Below, piece by piece: positions 60,468 through 64,000 of a DNA stretch of 64,000 nucleotides (positions are counted from its first letter, which is position 1; each line of letters starts with the position of its first letter). This stretch comes from an uncultured Fibrobacterota bacterium. Its GTDB lineage: Bacteria; Fibrobacterota; Chitinivibrionia; Chitinivibrionales; FEN-1185. The stretch covers positions 275,840 to 339,839 of the forward strand of contig CAVWBU010000024.1 in NCBI GenBank assembly GCA_963753345.1. Reading direction: 5' to 3'. The notes below the pieces were generated by a model. It was not told the DNA's origin. It made no database searches and worked only from the letters and a program-made list of their open reading frames with translations. Made by a program: the position numbers and the translations under genes.

Positions 60468-62126
60468 TTATTTGTCAAGCGATATCCTCGTCGACACCGT
60501 TGCACCGGTGAATTCCGCTCTGAGGACATATACCCCCGGCCGCATTTCATCATGCTTTATCAAGAATCCTGAAGACTTTGGTTCGCTAAGGACGGCCGGG
60601 AAAAGGTTCTTCACCATTCTCCCTCGGCCGTCAAACAACGCAGCATTCCTGAGTCCCGAAAGGACAATACTTTTGTCAAGAACAATCCGCAGCCCTTCCG
60701 CCGTGTGCTCAATGGCGCAAAGAGCGGCGCCGCGCTTTACGCACGGGACTTGGTTTGCCGAGGCAATGCCGGATTCAAGCACCAGCACAAAATCCCCGTC
60801 GCCCCCGCTGTTCTTTGCGGGAGGCGTGAAGTCGTGCGTGCCGGTGTTTGCAAACGGCGAGCCCGCAATTGCGGCATAGGTATTGTTCGACGGGTCGAAC
60901 CACTGCGCGGTGATTTGCGGCCTCAGCCTGCTCACGTCGACCGTGACCGTTCTGGTTGACGGAAGGTAGGCCGCAAAAAGCGAGCTGTCTGCGCTTACGG
61001 ACGCCGTGGCATAGTCGTTTGACGCCAGGTCGTAGCCGGTCGAAGCGAACGTGCCGTAGCCCTTTGTCAAGACCGTGTGCGCCTGGTCCGGCACGAGGGT
61101 CCACCACGGCCGCGCATCGAAAAACGTCTTGGCGTAGCCGACCTGGGTCGCGCCCGGCGTGTCGTAATGCGTTTTCCAGCCGGACTTGAACGGCCAGGTG
61201 TAGCCGTTGCCGTACAGGTGGCCGGTTGCGCCCGAAAGCATGGTCCAGTACACCTGCTCGCGCAGCACCTTGATTGTCGTCATGATGCCGTTGTTGCCCT
61301 CAAACTCGTAATTCGCCTCCACCAGGAAAACCGGCATCTTCCCGAGCGCTCGGTTGTAGTCGAGCAGCACCTGGGCATAGGTCGGATAATACGTGTACGA
61401 GGCGTCGAGCCCCACAATGGCGGCCCAGTTCGGGTCGTCGAGCGAGCCGCTCACCACATAATCCAGCTCCACGGTGTGCAGATGCCGCGTGTCGTTGTCC
61501 TTGATCCCCAACGCCACTGCCGTCGCCACCGAGTCCGAATAGGCGTCGCTCCAGTCCTGGAAATCGTTTCCGCTCATCCAGACGATGTTGTCGAAGGTCT
61601 TGTACCGGTTGCCAAGGTAACGGCCGTACGCCCGGCACTTGGCCACGCCGTTCTGTTTCATGACCGAAAGGAAACTGCCGGTCTCGCACGGGTCAAGCAC
61701 TACCGTAATCCCGTGCGACGCGGCGGACTGGATCATGTGGTCGCACCGCGTAAAGTAGGCTTCGTTGGGCGCGGACAGGTCCATTGCCGTGGTGAACGGC
61801 ACGATGCCGTCGTAGGTGCTGCCGTCCGCCCGTCCGCCCGTGTAGGTGGCGCACAGGAGGTTCACCCATGCGGCATTGAACCCGTACTGCTGGCGGTCCG
61901 CAAAAAATGTGTCCGCATCGGCCTCCGAGATGTTCACCATGAGCGCCTGCGGCGAATCGCCGTTGATAAGGAAGGGAACATTGTTCTGGTCGACAAGGTA
62001 CCGCTTGTTGGCGCTCATCGTTACTGGATACGCAGGCGCGGCAATGAGCGCGGCCGCCAGAACCAAAACAAGAATTGATGCTGGTGGCAGATAGCACGGT
62101 GAGCCGGCGGATCGTAATGATTTCAT
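60468..62126 (-). CDS. secreted glycoside hydrolase, DUF4038/apiosidase-like (GH140), with putative collagen-binding domain and C-terminal sorting-like tail
   Basis: Signal peptide; RYLVDQNNVPF, NIVWMSGND, EANYE, GHLYG, AQWFDP, GDFVLVL; tail LFDGRGRMV..GVYVLR. Confidence 0.78.
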   Translation of the reverse strand: MKSLRSAGSPCYLPPASILVLVLAAALIAAPAYPVTMSANKRYLVDQNNVPFLINGDSPQALMVNISEADADTFFADRQQYGFNAAWVNLLCATYTGGRADGSTYDGIVPFTTAMDLSAPNEAYFTRCDHMIQSAASHGITVVLDPCETGSFLSVMKQNGVAKCRAYGRYLGNRYKTFDNIVWMSGNDFQDWSDAYSDSVATAVALGIKDNDTRHLHTVELDYVVSGSLDDPNWAAIVGLDASYTYYPTYAQVLLDYNRALGKMPVFLVEANYEFEGNNGIMTTIKVLREQVYWTMLSGATGHLYGNGYTWPFKSGWKTHYDTPGATQVGYAKTFFDARPWWTLVPDQAHTVLTKGYGTFASTGYDLASNDYATASVSADSSLFAAYLPSTRTVTVDVSRLRPQITAQWFDPSNNTYAAIAGSPFANTGTHDFTPPAKNSGGDGDFVLVLESGIASANQVPCVKRGAALCAIEHTAEGLRIVLDKSIVLSGLRNAALFDGRGRMVKNLFPAVLSEPKSSGFLIKHDEMRPGVYVLRAEFTGATVSTRISLDK

Positions 62127-62380
62127 AGAAATCCCCCTCTATCAGTGATACCCCATGGAGCCGACGGTTCCGCAACTCAAGTCCTTTTTGTAAGATACGC
62201 TGCGGAACGCGGCTGTGTCCATAAGTTTCCAGCCTGCATGGTTTTGGTCCCCCAACCGCGGGACTTTTCTCCCGTCGTAAACAATTCCGGTGTCATTACC
62301 TTTCGTGAGGGTCTACAGGCTAAGTGAAATGCAGGTGTGCGCCGACAGGAAATCCGTTATGTGGCTGCCCGCAAATCCTC

Positions 62381-62448
62381 TTGCCTTTGTCTCTCACTGC
62401 AATGTATTATTAGAGCTAAATATTAGGATATGCATAACCTTTAGCTCT
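62381..62448 (+). promoter_or_regulatory. sigma-70 promoter and inverted-repeat operator of the AbiE pair
   Basis: TTGCCT-18nt-TATTAT (62381-62410) followed by AGAGCTAAA (62412-62420) and TTTAGCTCT (62440-62448). Confidence 0.6.
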
Positions 62449-62462
62449 CAAATGACACAATC

Positions 62463-63047
62463 ATGAAAAAGGGCTTCTTAAACGAACTTCTGCGGTCAAG
62501 GCAGACCGTTTTTTCTTTCAGGGAATTGATGTTGCTGTGGGGCGGCATAGACGGCAAAACCGCCAGGGCAAGGGTACACTACTACATTAAACACGACGCC
62601 CTGTACCATCTTCGCCGCGGTCTTTACGCCAAAGACGCACACTACGAAAAATTCGAACTTGCAACAAAAATTTTTACTCCCGCCTATGTAAGCTTTGAAA
62701 CGGTCCTCGGCGCTGCAGGAATGACCTTTCAGCATTATGACCGGATTTTCGTCGCCACCTATCAATCGAAGGAGATTGTTTGCGATAATCAAACATTCGC
62801 CTTTAAAACCATCAAGCGCCCGATTTTAACCAGTCCTGCCGGCATCGAAGACCGTGAATGCTACTCCATTGCTTCTCCGGAAAGGGCGTTTCTGGATATC
62901 GTCTATCTGCATAAGGATTATCATTTCGACAATCTTTCCCCTTTGGACTGGGACAAGGTTTACGGAATACTACCGGCCTACGGGGGGAACAAGCGGATGG
63001 AGAGGCGCGTTAAAGAATACCGGGAGTCGTTCGGAAAAGAACAATAG
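62463..63047 (+). CDS. AbiEi-like type IV toxin-antitoxin antitoxin
   Basis: N-terminal wHTH with LRRGLY, AYVSFETVL, IASPERAFLD. Confidence 0.85.
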   Translation: MKKGFLNELLRSRQTVFSFRELMLLWGGIDGKTARARVHYYIKHDALYHLRRGLYAKDAHYEKFELATKIFTPAYVSFETVLGAAGMTFQHYDRIFVATYQSKEIVCDNQTFAFKTIKRPILTSPAGIEDRECYSIASPERAFLDIVYLHKDYHFDNLSPLDWDKVYGILPAYGGNKRMERRVKEYRESFGKEQ

Positions 63048-63057
63048 GGACCTTTTT

Positions 63058-63786
63058 GTGTCGCTTACTATCGTTACGCATAAAAATATTCTCATCAGAA
63101 TCCTCAAGGATATATTTACCGATCCGACAGTCGGTCCGGTCCTGGGGTTCAAGGGTGGGACTGCGGCGTATCTTTTTTATGGTCTGAGCCGTTTTTCCGT
63201 TGATCTCGATTTTGACCTGCTGGATCAAAGCAGGGGGGACAGTACGTTCAGGCACATAAGAAAAATCCTTGAAAACCACGGCTCAATCAAAGACTGTCGG
63301 AAAAAAAGATACAGCCTTTTTTATCTGCTTTCCTACCATGATAAAGAACATGATGCGCAGAACATAAAAATCGAGATAAACCTGCGTAATTTCGGATCAC
63401 GATATGAGCTGAAATCATATCTTGGCATTGCCATGAAAGTAATGGCCAGGGAGGACATGGCCGCTCACAAGCTTGTCGCCATGTATGAAAGGGGCGGCAA
63501 AACGAACCGCGATATATTTGATGTTCACTTTTTTTTGCACAACAATTGGCCGATACACAGGGAAATAATTGAAATGCGCACGCGGTTGCCGTTTGGGGAA
63601 TTTCTGGGGAAGTGCATCACTATCGTGGAAAAAAAGCCCAGCAGGGGCATCCTATCCGGCATTGGCGAACTTCTGGATGATCGGCAGAAGCAATGGGTGC
63701 GCGCGAAATTGAAATCCGAGACTCTCTTTTCGCTCAGATTGCTGCGCGATAATGAAAACAGCAGGCGCGCAGTACGGCATTTCTGA
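63058..63786 (+). CDS. AbiEii-family nucleotidyltransferase toxin
   Basis: FKGGTAA, RFSVDLDF, IKIEI, AHKL, RDIFD; GTG start 10 nt after the antitoxin stop. Confidence 0.9.
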   Translation: MSLTIVTHKNILIRILKDIFTDPTVGPVLGFKGGTAAYLFYGLSRFSVDLDFDLLDQSRGDSTFRHIRKILENHGSIKDCRKKRYSLFYLLSYHDKEHDAQNIKIEINLRNFGSRYELKSYLGIAMKVMAREDMAAHKLVAMYERGGKTNRDIFDVHFFLHNNWPIHREIIEMRTRLPFGEFLGKCITIVEKKPSRGILSGIGELLDDRQKQWVRAKLKSETLFSLRLLRDNENSRRAVRHF

Positions 63787-64000
63787 CAGCCTGGCATTTT
63801 GCGGCAGGACGGCGGGGTGCAAAGGATTGTGGTGGTGCGGTAGTCTGAGAATCCCGAAGCAGGGAATCTGCCGGTAAGGTTCTGCAAAGGTTTGCTGTAG
63901 TTGTTTCTTGGTTTTTAATAACACACTTTTCAAAAAGGATGGTTCTCTTATGGCAATCAATACCTATTCAAAACTGCTTCTGACATATTTGATTTGTGCT

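Noticed and set aside
62138-62152. tetO-like palindrome TATCAGTGATA before the glycoside hydrolase
   Set aside because: Only 5-bp arms, a single occurrence and no TetR gene nearby; chance cannot be excluded.

Overview
GC-rich bacterial chromosomal window with about 45 protein-coding genes; no rRNA, tRNA or CRISPR array was seen. Housekeeping genes (glgC, an RpoD-like sigma factor, glmS, scpA, hrpA, rtcB, clpB, trpF, rnhB, purN) are interleaved with accessory blocks. (1) A stand-alone type VI secretion cap/sheath/tube module (tssA-tssB-tssC-hcp) with no baseplate or membrane-complex genes nearby; tssA appears to start at ATT. Perfect CRP-type boxes (TGTGAC-N4-GTCACA) lie upstream of tssA, hcp and a large Ig/RCC1 surface protein. 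(2) A 12.5 kb co-directional envelope redox locus: a propeller plus beta-barrel outer-membrane protein, three DUF362-type proteins each with a twin-arginine signal but different predicted destinations, three DUF6599-like lipoproteins, and a membrane polyferredoxin with an internal RR motif, with an MNT-HEPN toxin-antitoxin pair embedded. This is the best candidate for an undescribed system. Five apparent frameshifts cluster in it, probably sequencing indels. (3) A radical SAM / ketosynthase / chain-length-factor set next to a diguanylate cyclase and a glycosyltransferase. (4) An AbiE toxin-antitoxin pair. (5) A dispersed two-module structured intergenic repeat family (A and B, four loci) with compensatory base changes; one A+B copy sits between a sigma54-preceded clpB and rtcB, and another supplies the C-terminus of the radical SAM gene. 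Family names are from motif recognition by eye, not database searches. An FCB-group (possibly Fibrobacterota-like) origin is inference only.
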